From: Cyanophora paradoxa CCMP329
Taxonomy: Eukaryota; Plantae; Glaucophyta
Assembly: GCA_004431415.1 (NCBI GenBank)
Contig: QPMI01000127.1
Coordinates: 186,001 to 250,000 of the forward strand
Length of the DNA stretch: 64,000 bases
Reading direction: 5' to 3'
Shown: piece after piece, positions 19,069 through 29,605 of the stretch
Layout of the letters: every line of letters begins with the position of its first letter
Position numbering within the stretch: position 1 is the stretch's first letter
Made by a program: the position numbers and the translations under genes
Notes under the pieces: generated by a model
What the model was told of the DNA's origin: nothing
The model's database searches: none
Seen by the model: only the letters and a program-made list of their open reading frames with translations

Positions 19069-19427
19069 CGATGCGCGTGACGCGCCGGGCGGGCTGGACA
19101 ACGCTAGCCGCGATGGGAACTGATGCAAACAAGGATACGCGCTTGGCGCTGCTGCCGGGGGCGCTGAATGAACGCGATACGTTGCTCGGTCGCCAACGGG
19201 GTTAGAGGTCGGGTTAGCGACTCGGGTTGTAACCAACGCCGTACCCCCCTCTTCGAACCCGCCCGAGGGTATTTCGGACTTAGACGGCGCAGAGAATGCC
19301 GTGGATGCCGACGCTTACCGGACCCCGAGTGCGCCCCGAGGCCCGCATGCCGACAGTCAGTGCACTCGATTAAACAGGCGCCGCTGTCCACTACTTCTAC
19401 TTCTAGGCCGCTATGCACCACTTCTGC

Positions 19428-21809
19428 CTACTTCTTCTTCGCTGTCTCCATCATCTTCGTGACGATCTTGCCATAATCTTTGAAGGAAGCTAACATGTAC
19501 CCTATGCTGCCGCGCTTCGCCTTGCTGAGATCACCGAGCTCGTCCCACACCCCGCTGCGATGGGGGAGCCCAAGGAAACGCACGAGGGTGCCGTACCCAT
19601 CGAAAGCACTCAGCGTGGTCTCGAACGCATTCGCGATCGGTCCGAGATCGCGGACAGTGGTCGCCGCCTTCAGTTGCTCGCAGAGCTTCGCACACTGAGC
19701 AGGCATGGCGAGGCCGAGCACCTTCTTCGCGTCTACGATCGCCTCCAGCAGGCGGGTGACGCGTTCGGCGTTCTTGAACTCGCCCGCCCACGCCGCTGCG
19801 GCAGGGTAAGGGCGGCGCTCGTGGCGTCTCGGAGGGCGTGCGCACGGAGTTCGACCCGGGCCTTCTTCGATTTCGGTCCCGTCGTGGCCGCGGAGGACGC
19901 GGCGCGCTTGGACCTGCTTGCAGTCGGCGGGCGGTGGGCGCAAGCTTGGGCCGGCATGGGCGCACGGGGTCGTGACCGCCTGGCCCTCCGCCTCGCCCTC
20001 CGCCTCGCCCTCTGACTCCTCCGAGGACTCCTCTGCCGCCCCCTCCGCCGGCTCCTCCGCCGGCTTCCCCACCGGCTTCCCCGCCGCCGCCGCCTTCGCC
20101 GCCGCCGCCTTCGTCTCCTTCGCCGGCGCCTGCGTCGCCTCCTTCGCCGCCTCCTTCGCCTCCTTCGCCTCCTTCGCCTCCTTCTCCGCCTCCTTCGCCG
20201 CCTTCGCCTCCTTCTCCGCCTCCTTCGCCGCCTTCGCCTCCTTCGCCGCCTTTGCCTTTGCTGCCGCCGCCGCCGCCTTCCCCGGCGACGTCCCCGGCGA
20301 CGCCTCCACCGCCTGGAAGCTTTCCGGCGGCGACGTCGTCACGGTCGGCGCCTGCTCACAGCTTCAGACCTTTGCGGCAGGGCAGGGGCGTGCCCGGCGC
20401 ACCCTGCGGCCCGTCTGCTCGGCCCGCGCCGTCAGCGCCGCCGTCGTTCTGTCGAGCTCCCCCTTGATCTTCTCAAAGTCCTCCTGTGCATTGGGCGCGT
20501 TATGTCAAGTGAACGTGGCCAGGGGCGCGGCGGCACCTTTTCCTCGTCCTCGTCCGCGGCGTCCGTCGGCTGTCGTCCTTGTTAGCGAATGCACCCGGGG
20601 GGCTCGAGGGGCGGGACCTCTTCTTCGCCCTCGTCCTCCGGTCCCGCATCGGCCGCTGCCGCCGGCGTGACCGCTGCCGCCGGCGTGACCGCCCCCACCT
20701 CCGTCCCCGCCTGCAACCCGGAGGTTCAGACGCGAACCGCCGATGGGACAGAGAGAGGCACCTGTACGGTGGGCGCGGCTGCGGGAAGCGGAGCCGCCGG
20801 GGGTATGGCCGGGGGCGCGGCTGCGGGAAGCGGAGCCGCCGGGGGCATGGCCGGGGGCGCGGCTGCGGGAAGCGGAGCCGCCGGGGGTATGGCCGGGGGC
20901 GCGGCTGCGGGAAGCGGAGCCACCGGGGGCTCAGGTGCGGCAGCCCCCGCCCCCCCCTTGCAGGCGGAGGGGTCAGAGCGGGCCGTCGAGCGGGAACGGG
21001 GGCAGGCACCGCTGCGGGTGCGGCGGCGGAGGCAGCGGCGGAGGCGGCGGCGGGTCCAAAGCTCCGTTCCCACCTACGCGAGCGATCAGCGGCGGGCACG
21101 GTGGGCGCGACAGGCGGGCGTACGTGTCGTCCCTGTTGGGTCTGTAATGCGCTGCCTCGGGACACTTGTGCTGGCCGAAGAACCGCGCCATGGCGGACTC
21201 CTTCGAGCAGAACTGACACAAGCCGATCGGAGGGCTGCTCGGATCAACGTCCGCCTTCAGCTCGAGCTCCCCACTGCAGGCTCCGCAGCCGAAGGCCATG
21301 TCGGCGCGCCAGTACGCGACGGCCGAGCCGGTCGGGCATGTGACCAGCCACGCCTTGCCTTCGCGCCCCCTCTGCCTGTCGCGTCGGACCAGCTCCCGCG
21401 CAAGCGCCTCGCTCTGCTCGTCGGCCTGCAAGGCGCGCGTGACCGCGGCTCTCTCTTCCTCGGCTGCGGGCGCCCGTTTGGTTTGACCGGTGCTCGACTC
21501 GACGGCGGCGGCGGCACGCGCGCACCAAGGCGACGGGCTGTTATCGCGATGGACTTGGTGATATCTCTGGCATCTTGCTCGATCGTCGCCAGAGGACCAC
21601 TGACCTTCGCCCTGTGAGCAAACTGCAAACAAGCTCAGCGCGACGGCGCGCGGCGGCGGCGAGGCAGCGACAATCACACGAACACTGTTAAGCTCCAAGG
21701 CGACGTTGAAGTCATCCTCTCTGCCTAGAACGACCAAGGGCTCGAAGATGGTCGCGCGAAACTGCGACTGGCCCACAGTCGCTGTGCGCCGCTCCAGGAT
21801 GCCGGACAT
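19428..21809 (-). CDS. Spliced gene, 11 exons and 10 introns; Cys-rich region, Pro/Ala repeats, KEAK repeats
   Basis: Introns: 21623-21683, 21464-21525, 21074-21123, 20957-21009, 20711-20761, 20570-20617, 20484-20536, 20352-20402, 19914-19965, 19796-19845. Joining gives one frame MSGILERR...METAKKK*. Confidence 0.8.
20770..20920. repeat. Coding 42-bp tandem repeat, about 3.5 copies (APLPAAAPPAIPPA)
   Basis: GGGCGCGGCTGCGGGAAGCGGAGCCGCCGGGGGYATGGCCGG units. Confidence 0.85.
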
Positions 21810-21929
21810 CGCTCTTCTACGTGCTGCCGAGCTATACGCGCCTGCTCGAGCGATGCGCGAGCGCCGGGTCTAACGGACAACAACAGCCGACGGAATGTTA
21901 CGACAGAGACACTCGGGTTTGCGACTTAA

Positions 21930-22080
21930 CAGATCACGTACCCGACTTAATAATTTTTATTGATTTCATACAACAATTAATTAATTCTTCTGATGAAATG
22001 ATATATATATATGTTGTACTTTTACATAACATAATTAATAGTTTTAATCTCATTTCCATCATTGAAATTATGGACTTGGC
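21930..22080. other. AT-rich non-coding island
   Basis: Sharp drop in GC with many AATT/TAAT motifs, between divergent genes. Confidence 0.8.
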
Positions 22081-22090
22081 ACGTGCCGCG

Positions 22091-22124
22091 GAATCACCCC
22101 TGACCCTGTGACATGGGGTGATTC
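22091..22124. promoter_or_regulatory. 34-bp dyad with perfect arms, flanked by CACGTG
   Basis: GAATCACCCC-N14-GGGGTGATTC; CACGTG at 22080 and 22128. Confidence 0.8.
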
Positions 22125-22229
22125 GCCCACGTGATCTTGATTTCAAGTCAATCACATCGGCGCCCCCGGTCGCCGCCTCGCCGCATTGCGTTCATTTGTT
22201 AAGTCCGCTGCACCACCCTTCGTCGCGAC

Positions 22230-23159
22230 ATGGAGGAGGATCGCCCGCTCGCCGCCTGGTGCCAGTGCTTCCTTCGCAACACGGGCTACGTCATGATGGA
22301 CCCCCGGCGCGCCATCGACGGCACCAAGGTCCCTGAGCTCTTCGCCCCTCTCGATCTGCTCGTCAAGCGCTGCGCTCTCTTCATCGAGGGGCAGCGGGGC
22401 ACCCCCTTCCGGTTCGACGGGACGGGACCCGAGCTGGACTTCCAGGCCGACCTCGAGGACGCGATGCGCATCGCCGTCACTCTCGACAACTGCACCATCC
22501 TGCCAGCGGAAGAGGCGGGTGTCGTGCCGGGCGTCCCGGGCGACCAGGGCCCCATGGTGCGCGTCGCCAACCCCAGCCATCCGTGCAGTCGCGCACCCGA
22601 CGCGCCCGGCGGGTCGCGCTTCCGATGGACGCCGCTAACCCAGGATCCGTCGCGTCAGGTTCTCGGCTGCGCGCTTGTTGCGTTCGAGACGGCCTACCCC
22701 GGGCCTGGGCGCGCCCTGCCCCTCTCTAGGCTGGCCTACGACATCCCGCGCATCCGCCGGCGCGCCGACCTCTACCCCGAGAGCCTCGGCTCGTACCTCC
22801 GCCGCCGCCCCCGCACCCCGTCCCCGCCGCCAGAGCGCCGCCGCCGCTCCCGCTCCCCGTCCCCGCAGCGGCAGCGGCGCCGCCGCTCCCGTTCGCCATC
22901 TCCGGCCCGCGAGCGCCGCCGCTCCCGCTCGCCTTCTCCGGCCCGCGAGCGCCGCCGCTCCTACACCCCGTCGACGCCGAGAGGCCGCAGCCGCAGCCGC
23001 AGCCCCGCGAGGGGTCCACGGCGCGACGTCTCCCCGCTCCCCCCCGGCCCGCACCCGCCCCTCCGCCCCGTCTCGCCGGTGGCACCGGCCGCGCCCCTCG
23101 GCCGCCTGCCCTTCTCCCCCGCGGGCGAGCTTGTTGGGGGAGGCTCCCCCGCCCAGTAG
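22230..23159 (+). CDS. Protein with SR-like RSRSPSP repeats; probable in-frame intron starting at 22557
   Basis: RRRRSRSPSP repeats; GTGCGC donor at 22557, CTAAC branch at 22635, in-frame AG at 22643 or 22658. Confidence 0.7.
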   Translation: MEEDRPLAAWCQCFLRNTGYVMMDPRRAIDGTKVPELFAPLDLLVKRCALFIEGQRGTPFRFDGTGPELDFQADLEDAMRIAVTLDNCTILPAEEAGVVPGVPGDQGPMVRVANPSHPCSRAPDAPGGSRFRWTPLTQDPSRQVLGCALVAFETAYPGPGRALPLSRLAYDIPRIRRRADLYPESLGSYLRRRPRTPSPPPERRRRSRSPSPQRQRRRRSRSPSPARERRRSRSPSPARERRRSYTPSTPRGRSRSRSPARGPRRDVSPLPPGPHPPLRPVSPVAPAAPLGRLPFSPAGELVGGGSPAQ

Positions 23160-23183
23160 TTTTTGTCAGGGTCTTGGTATGGA

Positions 23184-23513
23184 ATGGCATTCTTGCTCTC
23201 CTCTCCACTGCGCAACGCCCTCGGGGTGGAGCCACCCTCTCACTTAGCGGGTACGGCTCTGGAAGTGACGGCAAAGGCCGCGCGGGGGGCGAGGGCTTCG
23301 AGGCCCGCGGACCTGCTCTCGGTCCTCCCCGCGGGCGCCGCAACGCACGTGTTCCACGCAATCCTGGCCTATCTGGATGCCCGCCCGCGCGCAAAGGGGC
23401 TTTCGCAGAAGGAGATGACGGATGCGATAGCGGCGGGGATCCGGGAGGCCCGGCGACTGCGCTCCCTGTCCCGGCGACGACGCTCTGGCCGCCGCAGGCG
23501 CTCGCGGCGCTGA
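23184..23513 (+). CDS. Small Arg-tail protein, paralog of 23590-24099
   Basis: LAYLD...EMTDAIAAGIREARRLR versus VDYLG...EMKAAVTAGIREAQRIR. Confidence 0.7.
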   Translation: MAFLLSSPLRNALGVEPPSHLAGTALEVTAKAARGARASRPADLLSVLPAGAATHVFHAILAYLDARPRAKGLSQKEMTDAIAAGIREARRLRSLSRRRRSGRRRRSRR

Positions 23514-23589
23514 CTCGGCCCCCTAGGGCTTCGTGTCCCCTGATTAGAATTTGTCATGGGCTTGAGTATATAGTGGGGTCCACGGGACG

Positions 23590-24099
23590 ATGGTATTTTC
23601 CGGCGCGGCCAGCACGCTCCTCTCATACATACCGGGGGCGACAACCCTGGTGGGGCTGACCGCGGGGCTCCCGCCATCCGTGACGTATCTCATCCTCCGC
23701 GCTGTCGTCGACTACCTGGGCCGACGGGGAAGAACCAATCAACCCCTCACAGAGGCGGAGATGAAGGCCGCGGTGACGGCCGGCATCCGCGAGGCGCAGA
23801 GGATCCGCACGCGCTTGACGAGGCCGCGCGCCGCCGACGACAGCGGCGCTGCACCGGAGAAGTCGGGGTTACCGGAGAAGCCGCGTTCAAGCGAGAAGAG
23901 AGGGCGCTCGCGCTCCCGCCGGTCCCGTCGAAGCTCCCATCGTACCCGTCGCTCCCGTCGCAGCTCCCATCGTACCCGCCGCTCCCGCCGCGAACGCCGC
24001 TCCCGCCGCCGCTCCCGCTCGTACTCCTCGCGCGACTGGCGCTACCTGCAGCAGCTGAAGGCCCTCTCGACCGTCAGCGCCGGGGCCGACCGCGCGTGA
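23590..24099 (+). CDS. Arg/Ser-rich basic protein
   Basis: RSRRSSHRT repeats; paralogous core. Confidence 0.75.
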   Translation: MVFSGAASTLLSYIPGATTLVGLTAGLPPSVTYLILRAVVDYLGRRGRTNQPLTEAEMKAAVTAGIREAQRIRTRLTRPRAADDSGAAPEKSGLPEKPRSSEKRGRSRSRRSRRSSHRTRRSRRSSHRTRRSRRERRSRRRSRSYSSRDWRYLQQLKALSTVSAGADRA

Positions 24100-24441
24100 G
24101 GACGCGCGCCCTCGTGTAGTCCGAGTGGGGTACGTAAACGCTACCCCCGAGGACGTGCCCCCCAAGGGAGCGGATACTCGGAAGCCTCGTGCCGTCGGGC
24201 CAGATCCGCGGGCGGGCGTCGGATCTGGACCACGCGCGGGGCACGGACGCCAGGAGCCCCTCCACGCCCCGCCCCGCCGTCGATGTTCTCTCTATTCGCA
24301 GGGCGTGCACCCTCTCCGCCGGCGCGCAGCGGCGCGAGAGCCGACTCGCCCCGGCGGGCCGGGTGCGCCGTCGGGTGCGTCGTCGGGTGCATCGGGTTGC
24401 CATCGGGTTTGCGACGGTTTACTCTATTCCAACAAATCTAG

Positions 24442-24717
24442 CTAGCTGCCGGCTACCCGTTCGCCTAGAGAGCGTCTATCTACGCTCACAACCGCGCCGC
24501 GCTCGAGCGCTTTCACGATTTGATCCTCGTTGCCGTCCACCTCCAGGAGCACCGTGCACCCGATCAGCAGCTGGGTGCGCTGCACGCCGCGACGGTTGAG
24601 GACGCGCACGAAGACGCCGCCGCCCTTGACGACGCTCGTCCGCCCGAGGTACACGTGCCTGGTCGCCTCGCCCGTGTCGCCGCTGCCGATGTTGGAGGCG
24701 CCGGATACGTTCTCCAT
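24442..24717 (-). CDS. Small hypothetical protein
   Basis: ATG-initiated ORF downstream of a partial dyad. Confidence 0.5.
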   Translation of the reverse strand: MENVSGASNIGSGDTGEATRHVYLGRTSVVKGGGVFVRVLNRRGVQRTQLLIGCTVLLEVDGNEDQIVKALERGAVVSVDRRSLGERVAGS

Positions 24718-24784
24718 CGCACGCCGTCTTCACATCTGAGACCCGAGAGAATTCCCACGCGGTCGCGACGGCCGCCCCCGCGCA

Positions 24785-24818
24785 GGCGCACCCCGGGCCA
24801 GCGCCCCAGGGGTGGTTC
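24785..24818. promoter_or_regulatory. Dyad copy (partial left arm)
   Basis: ggcgCACCCC-N14-GGGGTGGTTC. Confidence 0.55.
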
Positions 24819-24829
24819 GACGCCAAGTC

Positions 24830-25100
24830 ATAATTATCGAAATTGCATAGATGTATAGGCATGTTTGCCGTCTTTTGCTGATAAAAATGCGAGTTAACAA
24901 TACTCCTGTTATGTAAAATCGAATTCTGTTAATTCCAAGTGGGGGTGTACCCCTTTCAAGTCCCAATTATCAAAATTACCAACCTTTGGCTAATTCGACT
25001 TGGAATTACTAGTTAAAATGCAAAATTAACAATAATTCTGTTATTGAAAATCGTAATTCTGAAAACTTGCACATTTTACGTACCCCATCGGACGTCATGA
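24830..25100. other. AT-rich island dense in AATT
   Basis: Repeated AATT motifs within otherwise GC-rich DNA. Confidence 0.8.
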
Positions 25101-25215
25101 TTGCGTAGTTCGCAGGCGACCGCTTTGACAGCACCGGCGAGCGAGCGGCGGCGAGCGGCGGGAAGCAGCGGCGAGCGGCGGGAAGCAGCGGCGAGCGAGC
25201 AGAGCAGCCGGCGCA

Positions 25216-27353
25216 ATGCGGTCCCGCCCGATTCGCCTCGGTAGTTTGGAGGAAGTCGACATGATTCCGAATCCTTGCTACATCGGGCGCGCCGCGCTTG
25301 AGCACAAGCCGGACTTGCATGTGCTGGTATCTAAGATGCGGGAGAAGGTGCGCACGCGGCGGCGCGTCCGCGCTGTCTCGGCTGAGCGCGCGCATCTCGC
25401 AGGCGCTTCTCCGCGAGATGTTCGACAACGGCATGGCGCCGGAGGATGTGCATCGATACCAGCTGTATCGGGCGGCGCGGATCCACAAGCTGATCGACCC
25501 GGCCGTCGAGGAGAGCGCGTACTACGTGGCGAGCTACGCAAAACCCGCAGACGTGTTCTACTGCCAGACTTGCTTTACGCCCTGCTCGGCGGGTTTCGTG
25601 GCGCTGGAGGTCTGCGCCGGCTGCAGAGGGTCCGTGTTGCTCGGCTGCGAGATCTCAACGGCGCGCTCGGCCGCTGTCAAGACCCAGCCTACCTGGTCCC
25701 ATATCGCCGCGTTCCGACAACCTTGGGAGACCACGTTTGAGCTGTTCAAGCTCCTATACGATGCCTGCCGTAATGTGCTCTGGCGCCTCGGATACTCGGT
25801 GGCGGCGACCGAGCTCTGCAACGCCGTGCGCCCCTGACCCCTCTGCGCACTCCTGCTGCCGTGACGCGCGCCAGCAGCTTCATCGCGCATTCCCCGAGCT
25901 AGGAGGCTGGGACATGGCCAACCTTGTCTCCCTTATCGGCACGGGAACCAAGGTCTCCTCCCGCGCCCTCGCCCCGCCCCCGCCCGCGCCCCCCCTGGCC
26001 GACGTGTGTCGCAGAAACCGCTCAAGATCGGCGGGCCCGACGACTCCGACGACTCCGGCGGGCCCGGCGGCTCCGGCGGGCCCGACGACTCCGGCGGCTC
26101 CGGCGGGCACCCTGCCGCTAGCCCGACGGACCCGCCCGCCCAGCAGACGCCCCCGCCCCGCACCCGCATCCTTCTCCGCTCCCCCGCCACCGGCTCCGGG
26201 GGCGGCTGCCCCGTCTCAGGCCGAGGTTCGCCCCGCCCCTCCCGCAGCCCGCCCTGGCTCACGCCCCCGCAGACTGATGTTATCACCGTCACCTCATCGG
26301 ACGACGACGGCCGGGGGCCGCCGCCCCCCGTCCGCCGGGCTCCGCCGCCCCCCGCCCGCCCGCTGTTCCCCACCGCCCGGACGACGCGGGTGTCGGTCGC
26401 TCGCTCGCCGGGGCCGACGCCGCCGGCCAAGGCGACCGCGGCCAAGGCGACCGCGGCCAAGGCAGCCGCGCGAAAGCGCGCCCGAGGGGCGGCCGCGGGC
26501 ACGCGCCGCAAGGCCGCGGGGGCAGGCGGAGGGCGGCGCCTGCCCCCGCCCCGCCAAGAAGACGAAGAAGGCGGCGGCGGAGGAGGAGGAGGAGGAGGAG
26601 GACGACGAGGATGCGGAGGAGGACACCAAGGAGGGCAGCGGCAGCGAGAGTGGCGGCGAGGGCGGCGAGGGCGGCCCCGCCGCAGGCGGCGGGGCGAGCG
26701 ACGACGACGGCGGCGACGGCGACGACGACGGCGGCGACGGCGACGACGACGGCGGCGACGACGGCGGGGGCGCGCAGGAGCGCGAGGCCGCCCCCGCCCG
26801 TCCCGTCCGTCCCGCGCAGCGGCCGTCGCCGCGGTCTCTCGCATCTCGGCGAGCCTCCAGGCGTCGGAGCTGGCTCCGCCGCCCCCCCGGAGGCGGCGGC
26901 GGCGATCCCGCCCCCGAGGAGGTGACTCTTTCCGGCCGCCCCCGCATCGTCCCCGCCGCCGCGCCGCCGCCGCCCTTCGCGCCGCCGCCGAGCAAGGCGG
27001 AGGTGCGGCGCAAGGCGGCCTGGGACATCCTGTCACAGCTGCCGGGGATTCTCGGCGCCCGCACGCCCGAGGAGGTCTCGCTCCAGGGGAAACGGGGCCT
27101 TGTATCGGTCTTCCGGCACATCCTCTGGGCCTGCGAGCCGCTGGCGAAGGCCACGCGTGGCGCCCGAGAGATTATGGACCGCGCCCGCAAGCTCACATCC
27201 CCCGAGGAAGTCTACAAGGAGCTCATCTGGGCAACCCGCGTCGTGGGCCCGGATCAACTGGCGGATCCGTGCACGTTCTCGCGGCTCTTCTCTCTGTACG
27301 ATTCGAAAGAGCTCGTCCTAGGTCACCTAGCTCGTGTAGATCCGGTAGACTGA
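25216..27353 (+). CDS. Spliced gene with at least 4 introns; CxxC motifs and acidic tract
   Basis: Introns 25348-25402, 25826-25874, 25953-26014 and 26226-26272 each join frames correctly. Junctions near 26100-26160 and 26480-26550 are unresolved; start may be 25261. Confidence 0.65.
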
Positions 27354-27402
27354 TTCAATCCCTGTGCATTTCTTCGATTCCTGTAATTACTTCCCTCTCC
27401 CT

Positions 27403-27922
27403 TCACACTGCTGCATTTTGCGGGCCCTCTCCGAGCAGCTGGGCCACGAGGTCGGCGATGGTGGCCTCCTCCACGGCGGGATCGGGGCCTGCGGCGGGCG
27501 AGGGCGGCGCGGCGGGCGGGGGCGGCCAGGCGCTCGGGACGTGGATCGCGGCCACGGGACGGGGGCAGGCGGGGCGCGCCGAGGCCCCGGCGGGGAGGCG
27601 GGCGGCGGGGCGCCGCGGGGCGGGGCGCGGGGCGCGGGCGCACCATCATCTCCTCGGTACGCCCCGCGACCACGGCGAGGTCGCGGGCGTGGGCCGCCGA
27701 GGCGGCCTCCAGGGTGCGTATGCGGGAGAGGAGGGGCCCGAGGGCCGCCACGAACGCGGAGCCCACCGTGGCGACGCTGTCCTCGCAGAGGGCGGTGCGC
27801 GCCTCGAGGGCCCGGAGGGCGGCGCGCGCCGGGGCGGCGAACTCGTCGTGCACGGCGGCGAGCTCGTCGACGCGGGCGCGAAGGGAGGCGGCGTCGAGCC
27901 GGGCGCGGGTCGCGGGCTCCAT
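27403..27922 (-). CDS. Coiled-coil hypothetical protein; frame switch or intron in the GC-rich middle
   Basis: MEPATRARLD...EEMM; another frame gives a plausible C-terminus EEATIADLVAQLLG...AAV*. Confidence 0.45.
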
Positions 27923-28002
27923 TCCGGTGCGCCTTGGGAGGGGGCGCACCTTTTGTGGCCCCCGAAAAGAACGTGACCGCTAGCAGTAAGGAACGGGCGG
28001 GG

Positions 28003-29271
28003 ATGGCGACGTCGGCCATAAAGAATGTCGCGATGACGGGCCTGAAGCTCGGCATGGCGGCCGGAAGGATGGGCGCCAAGCTGGCGGGGTCGAGGCTCTC
28101 CGCGCTCGCGGGAAAGTCCCTGGCCGTCGGCACCAAGGGAGGCACTTCGCTCGGCGCGAAGCTGGCGAGCAAGTCGAAGGGCTTCGCGAAGGAGGTCGTC
28201 CAGGACGTCGTGGTGCAGGCCGCGATGACGGGCGGGCTCGCGGCGGCCTCGGGGGTGTTCAAGAGCCCCGAACTCCCGGACGGTAAGGGGGGGAGCCAGA
28301 CGGAGGAGGAACTGAAGCTGATCGCCAAGGAGAAGGAGGCGCTGGCCGGCGACCTGCTGAAGGCGATCAACGAGATGGAGAAGGCGGAGCTGCAGGTCCG
28401 GCTCGCAGCGGTCGACCGGTACGAGAAGGAAATGCGCGAGCTCCGGGCGGGGGAGCGCAAGGTGCGCGAGGAGATGGCGAACCTGCGCAGGGAGAGCGTG
28501 GCGGCCTGGGCGAAGGAGATGACCGCCCAGTCCGCCGAGGATCGGCTGATGGCGCTCAAGAAGGTGGAGGAGAACCTGATCCCCTCGGGCCTGTACCTCT
28601 TCCAGCCCGACGGCACGGAGAAGGAGCAGTACTTCTTCATCCCCGACGCGCTGCTGTCCCCGGGTGCGCTGGGTCCCGAGGGGCTCGCCATCCTCCCGAA
28701 CCGGGTCCTGCAAATCGATGCGAAGATGACCTTCAGGGGGTTCCTCGACAAGTACCCCGGGGTCGCGCCCTGGCTCACGCCCGGCAAGGTGGAGCTCGAC
28801 GACCTCAACAAGTTCCTCGAGGAGCTCACCGCCGTCGCGGCCGAAAACATCGAGAGCGCCGAGGACTTCTTCAAGGAGATCGACGAGGCCTTTCAGTTGG
28901 GCTGGTTCAAGGAGGAGGAGGTTCACGACTGGCATTTCTGGGACGAGTGGACCCCCGCCGCGAGCTACGCGAGCTTCGCGGCCCTCCTGGACTTGCAGAT
29001 CGGGGAGGAGGAGCGCGCGGGGAAGATCCAGAGCTCGAGCAGGTCGCCCCCATCCGACCAGCTCGACGCGCCCCCCGGCGTCGTCAGCCTGGCGGACGTG
29101 GCGGGCGAGATCGAGTCCCGCCCCCTCATCACCGCCGGCCGGGTCACCCCCTCCGGCGCCGCGGGGTCGCGGTCGTCGTCCTCGTCGAATGATGCGCTCG
29201 TGTGGGGCGCGGGGGGCGCGGTGCTGCTGGCGGCGATCGCCGCGGTCGTGATCGCGCGCAGACGGCGGTGA
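28003..29271 (+). CDS. Coiled-coil protein with C-terminal membrane anchor
   Basis: Ends LVWGAGGAVLLAAIAAVVIARRRR. Confidence 0.8.
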   Translation: MATSAIKNVAMTGLKLGMAAGRMGAKLAGSRLSALAGKSLAVGTKGGTSLGAKLASKSKGFAKEVVQDVVVQAAMTGGLAAASGVFKSPELPDGKGGSQTEEELKLIAKEKEALAGDLLKAINEMEKAELQVRLAAVDRYEKEMRELRAGERKVREEMANLRRESVAAWAKEMTAQSAEDRLMALKKVEENLIPSGLYLFQPDGTEKEQYFFIPDALLSPGALGPEGLAILPNRVLQIDAKMTFRGFLDKYPGVAPWLTPGKVELDDLNKFLEELTAVAAENIESAEDFFKEIDEAFQLGWFKEEEVHDWHFWDEWTPAASYASFAALLDLQIGEEERAGKIQSSSRSPPSDQLDAPPGVVSLADVAGEIESRPLITAGRVTPSGAAGSRSSSSSNDALVWGAGGAVLLAAIAAVVIARRRR

Positions 29272-29322
29272 GAGCCCCCAAGGCGGGCCAGAATTTATCG
29301 GGCGCGAGTGGTAGTAGAGAAC

Positions 29323-29559
29323 ATGGGCGTGTTTTCAATTCTCACGTCCCCCATTCGGGCGGTGGGCAGCACGCTCGGTCTCGTCGGGTCCTCGACCGTC
29401 GGCGGGCTCGGCGTCGGCGGCCTGATCGGCGGGCTGACCGGCAGCAGGAGCTCGTCGAGCTCGTCGAGCTCGTCGAGCTTTCTCCTGGGCGTCGTGATCA
29501 CGCTCGTCATCGTCGCCCTCATCCTGGGCCTCCTCTTCTACGCCGTGCTCCGGCGGTGA
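29323..29559 (+). CDS. Small membrane protein, possibly myristoylated
   Basis: MGVFS start; C-terminal TM helix. Confidence 0.7.
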   Translation: MGVFSILTSPIRAVGSTLGLVGSSTVGGLGVGGLIGGLTGSRSSSSSSSSSSFLLGVVITLVIVALILGLLFYAVLRR

Positions 29560-29605
29560 TCGCGAACAAATATGTTCGCCCAGGTTGAAGGGGCCGCTCC
29601 ACTAA

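Noticed and set aside
19195-19235. Telomeric repeat (GGGTTA)
   Set aside because: Only 2-3 interrupted units at an internal position.
24074-24445. Possible small minus-strand gene or extra exon
   Set aside because: No frame is clearly favoured and no convincing splice signals were found.
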